Part shown: one piece after another, positions 9,865-18,265 of the stretch
How positions within the stretch are numbered: position 1 is the stretch's first letter
Layout: each line of letters begins with the position of its first letter
Source of the DNA: an uncultured Candidatus Saccharibacteria bacterium
GTDB lineage: Bacteria > Patescibacteriota > Dojkabacteria > SC72
Assembly (NCBI GenBank): GCA_964350615.1
Contig: CAYGKF010000001.1
Location: 1 to 27,356, forward strand
Direction of reading: 5' to 3'
DNA: 27,356 nucleotides
Made by a program: the position numbers and the translations under genes
The notes under the pieces: generated by a model
What the model saw: only the letters and a program-made list of their open reading frames with translations
Database searches by the model: none
Told to the model about the DNA's origin: nothing

Positions 9865-10273
9865 TTCATTAATTTTTTCAATTACAATACTTCTCCTTAT
9901 CTTGGTTCTCTTTATAATGGTTTCCGTAAATAGTAGAAAGATAGACAGAAGAAAAAGAGAAAAATTCATAAAAGAAGTACTTACTCTTGAAAAATTCTTA
10001 CATAGTGATGAATTAGCCGTTAGGAGAGATGCTGTTATCAAATTAGACAATATACTGTCCAAATCCCTACAGCTTTACTTTAATAATGAGCTTCCTTGTG
10101 GAGAGAATCTTAAAATGGCTGACAAGCTGTTTAGAAAAAGAGAGTATAATATTCTCTGGGAAACACATAAATTAAGAAATAAGGTTGTTCATGATGATTA
10201 TTCTATTTCTAAAGATGAAGCTCAAAAAGGGTATAGAGTATATAAATCAAGTATAATAAAAATATTACAATGA
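9857..10273 (+). CDS. N-terminally anchored small helical protein with an RX4H (HEPN-like) motif
   Basis: TM at about aa 5-23, basic patch after it, WETHKLRNKVVHD; overlaps both neighbours (ATGA overlap at 10270). Confidence 0.75.
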   Translation: MDNSLIFSITILLLILVLFIMVSVNSRKIDRRKREKFIKEVLTLEKFLHSDELAVRRDAVIKLDNILSKSLQLYFNNELPCGENLKMADKLFRKREYNILWETHKLRNKVVHDDYSISKDEAQKGYRVYKSSIIKILQ

Positions 10274-10929
10274 AAAAGGTTTGTTTAATTTTTACAATTT
10301 TAAGTACCCTATTCTCTTCTTCCCTACTATTACCTTCTTTTTTAAATGCACAAACAGAATTAATATCTGAAGAAACAGAGTTAGTATCAGAGGAAACTGA
10401 ATTAGAAACTGAAACCCAAGAGGGGGTTGTTGATGAAAATACTAGAAGTACTAAAAACAGGTATTTTGATCTTACTCTTGAAAGAAAACCTCAAACTCCT
10501 TTTGGTAAATATGTTCCATATATATTGACTGTGACTCCCCATATTGATTCTCCTAGAACACAAATTTTGTGGAATACTCCTACTACTTTACAAGCAAATC
10601 CAAAACATGCTGAATTTGTAGCGCTAGAGAGTGACCAAACATATACATTTGAAGGGAAAATTAAACCATTAAGGTCAGGTTCTTATGATTTTTCAATTTC
10701 TGTTATATCCTGGCAACACGATACCAACTATACAAACTCAATTAAGGATAATCTTGTATTTGATAGTGCTATGGTTTTACAACCTGTAAGTTCACATTAC
10801 CAAATATTAAATATATTAAGATTTGTATTGATAGGGTTAGCATTTGTAGTCCTCGTAATATTAACTATCAAAATAGTTAAAAAATACACTCAGAAAGCCA
10901 AGAAGTGGTTAACCCCTCCTGATTGGTAA
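10270..10929 (+). CDS. Hypothetical secreted protein with an acidic linker, beta-rich domain and C-terminal TM anchor
   Basis: Signal peptide, E/T-rich linker, beta-strand-like core, TM ILRFVLIGLAFVVLVILTI followed by a Lys-rich tail. Confidence 0.8.
   Translation: MKKVCLIFTILSTLFSSSLLLPSFLNAQTELISEETELVSEETELETETQEGVVDENTRSTKNRYFDLTLERKPQTPFGKYVPYILTVTPHIDSPRTQILWNTPTTLQANPKHAEFVALESDQTYTFEGKIKPLRSGSYDFSISVISWQHDTNYTNSIKDNLVFDSAMVLQPVSSHYQILNILRFVLIGLAFVVLVILTIKIVKKYTQKAKKWLTPPDW
10357..10416 (+). repeat. Degenerate 21-bp tandem coding repeat (ELISEET/ELVSEET/ELETET)
   Basis: GAATTAATATCTGAAGAAACA, GAGTTAGTATCAGAGGAAACT, GAATTAGAAACTGAAACC. Confidence 0.6.
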
Positions 10930-10954
10930 TAATAAATAATTATCGTTTATCTGC

Positions 10955-11158
10955 CTAATCTTCAAGAAAATATCCTATATCCTTATGTAACTCTTTTGCT
11001 ATCTTAAGAAGATTTGTTACTGGTGGATATACTGTTCCCTTTTCATACATACTAATTGACTTGTCAGACAAGCCTACTCTTACTCCCAACATTTTTTGAG
11101 AATATCCCATTTCTTCTCTTGCCTTTTTTAATCTTTGTGCAAATAGTTTTGTGTTCAT
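10955..11158 (-). CDS. XRE-family helix-turn-helix transcriptional regulator
   Basis: RLKKAREEMGYSQKMLGVRVGLSDKSISMYEKG..YP is a canonical HTH_3 pattern. Confidence 0.92.
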   Translation of the reverse strand: MNTKLFAQRLKKAREEMGYSQKMLGVRVGLSDKSISMYEKGTVYPPVTNLLKIAKELHKDIGYFLED

Positions 11159-11721
11159 TTCTTTCCGAATAATAAATAACTAATTCTATCCCAAAAGGTT
11201 TCCTCTTTTTGTATGTTTTTTTCTATTTCTGCAGTTCTAGATATGCTGTAATGTACGTCATTTTCTTTTAATATTTTTTCGTCTGACAGGTATGGAACAT
11301 TCTTATCTACTCTTAGGTTGATTATTATTTCGTTCTTTTCATCTAAGAGTCTTTTAAGCTCTGTGTATTCATTTGCTCTGTCTTTTGTTCTGGACTTAAG
11401 TTTAAGTACAGTTGATTCTAATTTAGAGTTTTTTTCTTTAAGTTCTGGATATTTCTCAGCTTTTTCTAAAATGTCTTTATGCTCATCACTTTCTAGTAAC
11501 TTTTTAATAATGTCTTCCTTTTCAGCAGAGCTGTATTTGTAGTAAGCCATTTCTCTAGAGGATGGTTGCCTACCTAGGACTAATTTATACAATTTACTAA
11601 TTAGGGGAGATTTCTTAGTAGTAGGTTTTCTCATTGGAAAAGAGGGGGTATTAGCACCTCCCTTTGAAAAGTCATCTGTATCATCTCCTTTGTCCCATAA
11701 AGGAACATCAACGTTTTTCAT
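11155..11721 (-). CDS. Hypothetical protein with a DUF4214-like helical motif, coiled coil and amphipathic C-terminus
   Basis: LYKLVLGRQPSSREMAYY; heptad region ELKEKNSKLESTVLKLK...ELKRLLDEK; ends FWDRISYLLFGKK; ATGA overlap with the XRE gene. Confidence 0.7.
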   Translation of the reverse strand: MKNVDVPLWDKGDDTDDFSKGGANTPSFPMRKPTTKKSPLISKLYKLVLGRQPSSREMAYYKYSSAEKEDIIKKLLESDEHKDILEKAEKYPELKEKNSKLESTVLKLKSRTKDRANEYTELKRLLDEKNEIIINLRVDKNVPYLSDEKILKENDVHYSISRTAEIEKNIQKEETFWDRISYLLFGKK

Positions 11722-11727
11722 ACACTG

Positions 11728-11733
11728 ATTATA
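11728..11733 (-). promoter_or_regulatory. -10 box TATAAT 6 nt upstream of ATG 11721
   Basis: Minus strand reads TATAAT CAGTGT ATG. Confidence 0.6.
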
Positions 11734-11741
11734 TTACAAAT

Positions 11742-11750
11742 TGTGGATAA
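11742..11750 (-). promoter_or_regulatory. Perfect DnaA box (TTATCCACA)
   Basis: + strand TGTGGATAA at 11742-11750; a single copy, so it could be chance. Confidence 0.4.
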
Positions 11751-11791
11751 TTAGTAGCCTGATTCTGAAATTTTGGCGTAACACCAAGTTG

Positions 11792-11868
11792 TGGAGCAGG
11801 AGACGGGACTCGAACCCGCAACCCTCTGTTTGGAAAACAGATATTCTAACCAATTGAACTACTCCTGC
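11792..11868 (-). tRNA. tRNA-Gly (anticodon TCC), CCA encoded
   Basis: Minus strand GCAGGAG TA GTTC AATTGGTTA GAAT A TCTGT TTTCCAA ACAGA GGGTT GCGGG TTCGAGT CCCGT CTCCTGC T CCA: full cloverleaf with U73 discriminator. Confidence 0.95.
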
Positions 11869-11888
11869 ATTAGTTCTAATAAAATGTG

Positions 11889-12407
11889 CTAACTCTCTTT
11901 CTCTTCTTCAACCTTTTCCTCTTCTTTTACTTCCTCGGTAGAGTCTGTTACAGCCTCTTTTGTTATTTCACCCTCTTCAATATCTTCTTCTACTGCTATC
12001 TGGACACCTCCAGTTACTGGTACCTCTACACCAACCTCTTCTTCATCAGTAAAATACACATTAACTGTCTCTCCTGTTTTTAATGCTCTCTTACCAACTC
12101 TTTCTCTTAAGTAGTAAAGCTTAGATCTTCTAACAGTACCCCTTTTAACAACCTCTATCTTTTCTAACGCTGGTGCATGTAAAGGAACTATTTTTTCTAC
12201 ACCTACACCGTAAGATATTTTTCTAGCAACAAGATTCTTACTAAGACCTGACCCCTTAATAGAGATTACTACCCCTTCAAAAATCTGGGTTCTTTCCTTT
12301 TCTCCTTCCTTAACCTTAAGATGTAACTTAACGGTATCTCCTACCCTAACATCAGGTCTTTTTCTAAAAAAACTCTCTTCAACTTTCTTAATTACATCGG
12401 TATTCAT
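11889..12407 (-). CDS. rplS: 50S ribosomal protein L19 with a long acidic C-terminal extension
   Basis: [49 protein letters not shown]; SD-like AAGGA upstream. Confidence 0.97.
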   Translation of the reverse strand: MNTDVIKKVEESFFRKRPDVRVGDTVKLHLKVKEGEKERTQIFEGVVISIKGSGLSKNLVARKISYGVGVEKIVPLHAPALEKIEVVKRGTVRRSKLYYLRERVGKRALKTGETVNVYFTDEEEVGVEVPVTGGVQIAVEEDIEEGEITKEAVTDSTEEVKEEEKVEEEKES

Positions 12408-12446
12408 AATGTTTTTCCTTTAAATATTACTTGGGTTGCAGTTGTG

Positions 12447-12452
12447 ATTATA
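12447..12452 (-). promoter_or_regulatory. -10 box TATAAT for the rplS-tRNA-Gly unit
   Basis: + strand ATTATA at 12447-12452, about 40 nt upstream of the rplS ATG. Confidence 0.45.
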
Positions 12453-12495
12453 GAATAAAATTGAAAAATATGCCACAATGTATATGTAACTGCCT

Positions 12496-14025
12496 ATGAA
12501 TATAAAACAAAGAGTACTATTAATAATACTAGATGGACTTGGAGCGGCACCAAAAGATAAAGGAAATGCTGTGGTTTTAGCCAATCCTGAAAATCTTTCT
12601 AGACTCTGGAGTACATGTCCCCATACTTATTTAATAGCATCTGGAGAATCTGTAGGTCTTCCTAAAAATGTAAAGGGTAACAGTGAGGTTGGGCATTTGA
12701 ATTTAGGTTCTGGTGCTACTGTGTTTCAAAATCTACAAAGGATTAATAAAGCTATAGAGAATGGTCTACTAGATAAAAACAATACTCTTAGAGATGCATA
12801 TACACATGCACAAAAACATAATAGTAATGTTCATCTAATTGGTCTGCTTAGTGATGGTAGTGTGCACTCACATATTGGACATTTTAAAGCTATTATTGAC
12901 TATTTTTCTAAAATGAATTTTACTAACCAAGTACATATTCATGCAATTACAGATGGAAGAGATACTGCTCCAAATGCTGCCCTTAACTGCTTAGTTGAAA
13001 TGGACAAATATTGTATTGATAGAGGTATGGGTAGAATCTCTACCCTTGTCGGTAGGTATTTTGCCATGGACAGAAATAGAAAGTGGGACAGAACCCAAAG
13101 AGCATATTATCTTTATGAGCAAAACATGGGAGAAAGATTTCCTACATACCAAAAAGCTTTAGAAACATTCTACCAACGAGGACTAACAGATGAATTTCTA
13201 GAACCTACTGTAATTAATTCTGCGACCATACAACCTAATGATGCTGTAATAATGGTAAATTACAGACCAGATCGTTCTCTTCAATTAACCGAAGCTTTAA
13301 TTTCTCAAGACTTTATTGGCTTTAGCAGAAAACCCATACCCAACCTTTACCTTGCAAGTATGACAGAATACAGAAAAGGGTTTCCTTCCCATGTCATATT
13401 TCCAAAACAGTACATTAAACTTCCCTTTGGTAAAGTTATAGATTCTGTTGGTTTAAGACAATTGCGAATATCTGAGACTGAGAAATTTCCTCATGTTACA
13501 TATTTTTTTAATGGAGGGTTTCCTCATACATATTCAAAGGAAGACAGAACCGTTGTACCTTCTTCAAGAATTGCAACATACAACCTTAAACCAGAAATGA
13601 GTGCATTGGAAGTTACAAGTATTTTACAAAAGAGGATAAAGGCAAACCTCTATGATTTTATTATAGTTAATTTCGCAAATGCTGATATGGTAGGACACAC
13701 TGGTGACTTACAAGCAGGTATTAAGGCAGTACAAACAGTAGACTACTGTGTGCATGAATTAGTTAGATCGTTTACTAACCTAGGAGGAGCGGTAATTATT
13801 ACCTCAGACCATGGAAATGTAGAAGAAATGATAAACATAGAAACAGGACAAATGCAAACAGAACACTCCCTTAACCCCGTACCATTCATATTAGCAGGTA
13901 CAGACATCTCTCCCTCCACGCTACCTTATGGATCTCTTCAAGACGTTGCTCCAACAATGCTACAGATTATGGGAATAACAAAACCTAGTGAAATGACGGG
14001 AAAATCACTTATTCAATCTTTTTAG
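12496..14025 (+). CDS. gpmI: 2,3-bisphosphoglycerate-independent phosphoglycerate mutase
   Basis: LIILDGLG, GNSEVGH (catalytic Ser), DGRDT, GRYFAMDR, ETEKFPHVTYFFNGG, NADMVGHTG, TSDHGN. Confidence 0.98.
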   Translation: MNIKQRVLLIILDGLGAAPKDKGNAVVLANPENLSRLWSTCPHTYLIASGESVGLPKNVKGNSEVGHLNLGSGATVFQNLQRINKAIENGLLDKNNTLRDAYTHAQKHNSNVHLIGLLSDGSVHSHIGHFKAIIDYFSKMNFTNQVHIHAITDGRDTAPNAALNCLVEMDKYCIDRGMGRISTLVGRYFAMDRNRKWDRTQRAYYLYEQNMGERFPTYQKALETFYQRGLTDEFLEPTVINSATIQPNDAVIMVNYRPDRSLQLTEALISQDFIGFSRKPIPNLYLASMTEYRKGFPSHVIFPKQYIKLPFGKVIDSVGLRQLRISETEKFPHVTYFFNGGFPHTYSKEDRTVVPSSRIATYNLKPEMSALEVTSILQKRIKANLYDFIIVNFANADMVGHTGDLQAGIKAVQTVDYCVHELVRSFTNLGGAVIITSDHGNVEEMINIETGQMQTEHSLNPVPFILAGTDISPSTLPYGSLQDVAPTMLQIMGITKPSEMTGKSLIQSF

Positions 14026-14668
14026 ACCTCTGTGACTCATCCCTTTTTTTATTTTCTTTAATAACACCCCTCATACCTCTCCAAATATATAATAGGAGAA
14101 GAATTACAAGTAAAGCAATTACCACTCTCTCATACTCCTCAGTATATACTGCCACTATATGCCAGCTTTCACCCATTAAATACCCAGCTGTACACAATAT
14201 TGTTGCAAATATTAAACTACCCGCAAAAGTAAAGATTGAAAATATTCCAAACTTCATTTTAGCTACTCCTGCTGGGAAAGATATTACAGATCTAACTATG
14301 GGAATTAATCTCCCAAAAAAAACAATTCCAGAACCATACTTTTCAAAAGCCCTATAACCTTTATCTAAATCCTCTTGCGATATAAATAAGTACTTACCGT
14401 ACTTCTTTAAAAACTTCTCTATAAATTCCTCCCCCCATAATCCCACAAAGTAAAAAGGAAGAGTTCCTAGATAAGCTCCAAAAGTTGCAGCAAGAATGAC
14501 TAAAACAATATTTAAAGAACCTTGGGAAGCAACAAATCCCGAGAAGGGTAAAATTATTTGACTAGGTATAAGGGCTATAAAACTTTCTAAAAATATAGAC
14601 AACATTACTCCTAAATAACCAAAAGCATCAATTGTATGAACCAACCAGTCAACAAGAGCGTTAATCAT
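14009..14668 (-). CDS. DedA family membrane protein
   Basis: FLESFIALIPSQIILPFSGF and FFGRLIPIVRSVISFPAG (DedA GR.IP.R motif); 3' end overlaps gpmI by 17 nt. Confidence 0.93.
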   Translation of the reverse strand: MINALVDWLVHTIDAFGYLGVMLSIFLESFIALIPSQIILPFSGFVASQGSLNIVLVILAATFGAYLGTLPFYFVGLWGEEFIEKFLKKYGKYLFISQEDLDKGYRAFEKYGSGIVFFGRLIPIVRSVISFPAGVAKMKFGIFSIFTFAGSLIFATILCTAGYLMGESWHIVAVYTEEYERVVIALLVILLLLYIWRGMRGVIKENKKRDESQRSKKIE

Positions 14669-14709
14669 TAGATAAATATTAAAAATAAATTACTTGGAAC
14701 TATACCACC

Positions 14710-15273
14710 TTAATTTGAAGATGCCAAATGTATGACAATATTTTGACCAATCTGTACATCATTAATATTGCTAAAACCTCCCTTTACTTCTAACACATAC
14801 TTGTAAGATTCTGATGACAATATTTGAGGACAATGGACCTCTGTACAAGGCTCATTGTTTTCCTTAATATCCACTATGAACCCTTTCTCATCTATAAATA
14901 TTATATCAAGATTAATAAGAGTGTCCTTCATCCAAAAAGGATTATTCACCTTTTCATCAAATATAAATAACATACCATTATAATCTCCTAGATATTTTCT
15001 GTTAGAGAGACCTAGAGCTCTTAATGTTGGTGTATCAGCGATCTCTACATCTACCCTTATACTCTCTCCGTTCCCTACAGATATTTCAACATAATTCTCT
15101 TCGTCCTGCTTAATAACACTCTCTGCCTTTTGTTCATCTCCAATCTCCTGCTCTTGTTTGGCCTTTTGGTTATCTACAAAAGCTATATCTAGCAAATCAA
15201 AACTATCCTGAAGATAGAAAAGAACCCCTACTATAAAAACAATGTAAAGCAACAACTTTAATTGGTTGTTCAT
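14710..15273 (-). CDS. DUF192 domain protein with an N-terminal TM anchor
   Basis: VEIADTP..RALGLSNR, GMLFIF, FWMKDTLINLDIIFID, YVLEVKGG. Start moved from 15291 to 15273 because an extended -10 lies 8 nt upstream of that ATG. Confidence 0.9.
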   Translation of the reverse strand: MNNQLKLLLYIVFIVGVLFYLQDSFDLLDIAFVDNQKAKQEQEIGDEQKAESVIKQDEENYVEISVGNGESIRVDVEIADTPTLRALGLSNRKYLGDYNGMLFIFDEKVNNPFWMKDTLINLDIIFIDEKGFIVDIKENNEPCTEVHCPQILSSESYKYVLEVKGGFSNINDVQIGQNIVIHLASSN

Positions 15274-15281
15274 ATCAACTA

Positions 15282-15290
15282 AATATACCA
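15282..15290 (-). promoter_or_regulatory. Extended -10 (TGG-TATATT) 8 nt upstream of ATG 15273
   Basis: Minus strand reads TGG TATATT TAGTTGAT ATG. Confidence 0.5.
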
Positions 15291-15444
15291 TAAACTTTAA
15301 GGCTTTGCCTCAAAGACCTATAATACATAATTTTGAAGTTTAACCTCTCTAATTAAACAAAAACTCAAGCAATGCCTTGGTTTGAAGTTTCTGTGTTTTT
15401 AGTATATACTTCCTGTTTGTAACTTCATTGCCTCACAATTAATT

Positions 15445-17658
15445 ATGCAAACGTTTAAAGAGTACTTGAATCCTTTGTACAAGGATGTAGATAATATTGC
15501 AGATTTTTCCGACCTAAAAGATCTGTCTTCCCTAGAACAAGAGGAATACCCAAACTTAGAAAAAGTTACTAAGATAAAAAGAGCTGTTGTTAAAAATCTT
15601 CTTCCTAGATTAGATCAGTTAGAAGAAGAGTTAGAACAACAAATATATCTCATACAAACAGAAAGCGACCTAGATGAAAGAAGCGATGCTAAGGGGATAT
15701 ACAACCAACTGCTTGTAAAAATCCAAGAGATGTTAGAGAGGATAAACAAAGAGTTAATTGCTCTAGACTCCCCCTACTTTGGAAAAATTCGTTTTAAACC
15801 TTATTATTCAAAAACAGAAAAATCTCTAGATTTGTACATTGGGAAATTTGCCCTTGTAGATGACAGGACTCATGTGCCTTTAATTACCGACTGGAGATCT
15901 CCCATTGCTAATCTTTACTATCAAAATAGTGGTCCTACTAACACCGTTTCTTTTGATACTCCTGTAGGAGAAAGAGAGGGAGATTTAGAACAAAAAAGGC
16001 AGTTTCAAATATCTAGGGCTAGAATACAAGGCATTTATGATGCTAAATCTGGTAATGTAGCAGCTGATGAGTTTCTTCTCTCTCAACTTAATGAGAGACT
16101 AGGTAAAAAGCTTCAGGATATTGTCTCTACTATTCAGGCCCTACAAAACAGCATAATTAGAGACCCTCTTAAAAAACCAATATTAATACAGGGAGTCGCA
16201 GGTAGTGGTAAGACAACAATACTTTTACACAGACTAGCGTATCTTTTTTACACGTACAAGGAGGAAATTAGTACAAACAATTCCCTAATAATTGCTCCTA
16301 ACCAAATGTTTATAGATTATGTCTCAGATGTTTTACCTAATTTAGGCGTACCAAAGGTAGATACTGAAACATATTTATTCTGGGCTAAATCTGTATTAGA
16401 GTGGGATGATAAGTACACAATATCTAGAGAGAAGCCTGATCTAGATATTAAAGAGTACAAGGGTTCTTTAGAGTTTTTAGATCTTCTTGAAAAATATTTT
16501 GAAGAGTTTGAAAAAGAGCTTTTAGGTAATATCCCCTACTCTAGAAAAGATATTATAGAAAGAAGGTATTATGAATTGAAAGAGAAATTTCCAGATATTG
16601 ATGTAAATGAGAGGTTAGAATTAGCTACAGAGTATGCTTTTGCACAAAAACAGTTTAAACAGGGAAATACTGGTTTCTATGATGCTACTAATGATACGGA
16701 TGTTAATTTAAAACGAAATATTCATTCATACTTCAAGAGAAATTGTAATATTTATTCTCTTTACAAGAATCTTTTTAAGAGTGATTTAGCCTCTAAAGAA
16801 ACTGCTAAGTACACATTGAAGGGTTTGACTCAAAATAAAGGTATAAGGCATTACAGGATGGAGGATTTAGGGGCTATGGTTTATTTACATCTTAAAATTA
16901 ATGGAACAAGAATGTATGAGAGAGATTATGTAATGATAGATGAGGCTCAGGATATTAGTTTTGTACAATTAGCTACATTAATTAAGGTTGCTAAGAATGG
17001 AAATATTACAATAGCTGGGGATTTAGCACAGTCCATAATTCCTCCTTTTTATATTAGAGATTGGGATGATGTTATTAAGTTAGTAAAAGATATTACTAAC
17101 AAAGATACAAAGTATTACCAGCTTCAGAGATGTTACAGGACTACTATAGAGATTGTGGAGTTTGCAAATAATATATTTAAGGATAGGTTCCCTAAGTCTT
17201 ACAAACTTCCAGAGGCTGTTTTAAGGCATGGGGATGAGGTAAGGGTATTAGAATATGACAATGATATTAAAGACTTAAATACAGAGGGTATAAAAGAGCT
17301 AGTTAACATAATAAAAGAACAGTTTGAAAAAGGTGCTGTTACTTGTGCACTTTTGTGTAGAGATAGGGATCATGCTAATATCCTTTATGATGTTTTTAAA
17401 GAGTATGAGGATATTATTGAAAGACAAGTGGTTAGTTACAAGGAGAATGATTACAAGAGTGGTTTACTTGTACTTCCTGTTGAGAATGCAAAGGGGTTAG
17501 AGTTTGATAGTGTAATATTTGCTGATTTAAATAGTAATTATTATGGTAATACAGAGTTAGATATTAAGCTTCTTTATGTGGGTATTACTAGAGCGTTGCA
17601 TAGGGTGTTTGTGGTTACTAAAAGGGATGACAAAATCTCTGAGTTATTAGGAATATAG
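15445..17658 (+). CDS. helD: HelD-family SF1 ATPase (RNA polymerase recycling motor, UvrD-like)
   Basis: SPYFGKI, LYIGK, ITDWRSPIANLYY, KRQFQI, DIVSTIQ..QNSIIR, GVAGSGKT..LHRLAYL, IDEAQD, GDLAQSI, KGLEFDSV, LYVGITRA. Confidence 0.88.
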   Translation: MQTFKEYLNPLYKDVDNIADFSDLKDLSSLEQEEYPNLEKVTKIKRAVVKNLLPRLDQLEEELEQQIYLIQTESDLDERSDAKGIYNQLLVKIQEMLERINKELIALDSPYFGKIRFKPYYSKTEKSLDLYIGKFALVDDRTHVPLITDWRSPIANLYYQNSGPTNTVSFDTPVGEREGDLEQKRQFQISRARIQGIYDAKSGNVAADEFLLSQLNERLGKKLQDIVSTIQALQNSIIRDPLKKPILIQGVAGSGKTTILLHRLAYLFYTYKEEISTNNSLIIAPNQMFIDYVSDVLPNLGVPKVDTETYLFWAKSVLEWDDKYTISREKPDLDIKEYKGSLEFLDLLEKYFEEFEKELLGNIPYSRKDIIERRYYELKEKFPDIDVNERLELATEYAFAQKQFKQGNTGFYDATNDTDVNLKRNIHSYFKRNCNIYSLYKNLFKSDLASKETAKYTLKGLTQNKGIRHYRMEDLGAMVYLHLKINGTRMYERDYVMIDEAQDISFVQLATLIKVAKNGNITIAGDLAQSIIPPFYIRDWDDVIKLVKDITNKDTKYYQLQRCYRTTIEIVEFANNIFKDRFPKSYKLPEAVLRHGDEVRVLEYDNDIKDLNTEGIKELVNIIKEQFEKGAVTCALLCRDRDHANILYDVFKEYEDIIERQVVSYKENDYKSGLLVLPVENAKGLEFDSVIFADLNSNYYGNTELDIKLLYVGITRALHRVFVVTKRDDKISELLGI

Positions 17659-17663
17659 TTTCA

Positions 17664-18080
17664 TTAATTGCATACAGGTTCGGTAACATAACCGCTCATT
17701 ATTAAAGTTTCATCCCCTATTTGTCCTTCTAAATGGTATTGGCCTACCTCAAAGTTTAATTCTACAATTCTTTCGTCGTACACAGTTCCTTCTACACTCA
17801 TAGGTAAACCACAATTATTAGTTATTATTACACTTGGGGGTTTGTAATAATATTGCATATCTATATATAGACACTCTTCTTGAGGGTTTACAATAACAAT
17901 GTCTTCTATCATTTGTATACAGGGGGTTTTTTCAAAGTCATCATCTTGTTCATTAATAACAGAAGGTATGTCTGACGTTTCTTCTGTCATAGGACTAGGT
18001 TGAGTGTTTTGGTTTAATAATATGGTAAATAATAGTACTGCAGATACTAATATCGCTGTATATGCTATTAGTTTTTTCAT
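17664..18080 (-). CDS. Hypothetical secreted/anchored acidic protein with 4 Cys
   Basis: 138-aa ORF with an N-terminal hydrophobic helix; TATACT at 18089-18094 (minus strand) lies 8 nt upstream. Confidence 0.75.
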   Translation of the reverse strand: MKKLIAYTAILVSAVLLFTILLNQNTQPSPMTEETSDIPSVINEQDDDFEKTPCIQMIEDIVIVNPQEECLYIDMQYYYKPPSVIITNNCGLPMSVEGTVYDERIVELNFEVGQYHLEGQIGDETLIMSGYVTEPVCN

Positions 18081-18159
18081 ATTAATATAGTATAGGATGG
18101 TTTTAGAATTATCAACAGTATTGTATGAATTCTTTTGTAACAGAATTGTTACTTAATAA

Positions 18160-18188
18160 TTGACAAGTTAATTAAAAGTGTATATAGT
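18160..18188 (+). promoter_or_regulatory. Near-consensus sigma70 promoter for the giant surface protein gene
   Basis: TTGACA (18160-18165) - 17 nt - TATAGT (18183-18188). Confidence 0.75.
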
Positions 18189-18201
18189 TTTAGTTATACA
18201 C
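18178..18201. promoter_or_regulatory. Inverted repeat GTGTATA-N10-TATACAC overlapping the -10 box (operator candidate)
   Basis: Perfect 7-bp arms seen directly. Confidence 0.4.
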
Positions 18202-18203
18202 AC

Positions 18204-18241
18204 TAATGGGGACTACTATGCCCCTAGTAGATTTCTCATTA
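18204..18241 (+). promoter_or_regulatory. 5'-UTR stem-loop of the giant surface protein mRNA
   Basis: 9 bp (with G-U pairs), 2-nt bulge, CTACTA/TAGTAG, loop TGCCCC; an alternative GGGG/CCCC pairing is possible. Confidence 0.5.
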
Positions 18242-18265
18242 ATATAAATTATTAATTATTATTTA

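Noticed and set aside
10955-11791. Prophage or integrative element at the tRNA 3' end (XRE gene nearby)
   Set aside because: No integrase, no duplicated tRNA 3' end seen and no phage genes.
11792-11868. Possible UGA-to-Gly recoding tRNA, as in Gracilibacteria/Absconditabacteria
   Set aside because: The anticodon is TCC, not TCA, and TGA serves as a stop in ATGA overlaps at 10270-10273 and 11155-11158.
12437-12494. GCAGTT...AACTGC inverted repeat in the rplS/gpmI spacer
   Set aside because: The 6-bp arms are about 45 nt apart, which is within chance expectation.
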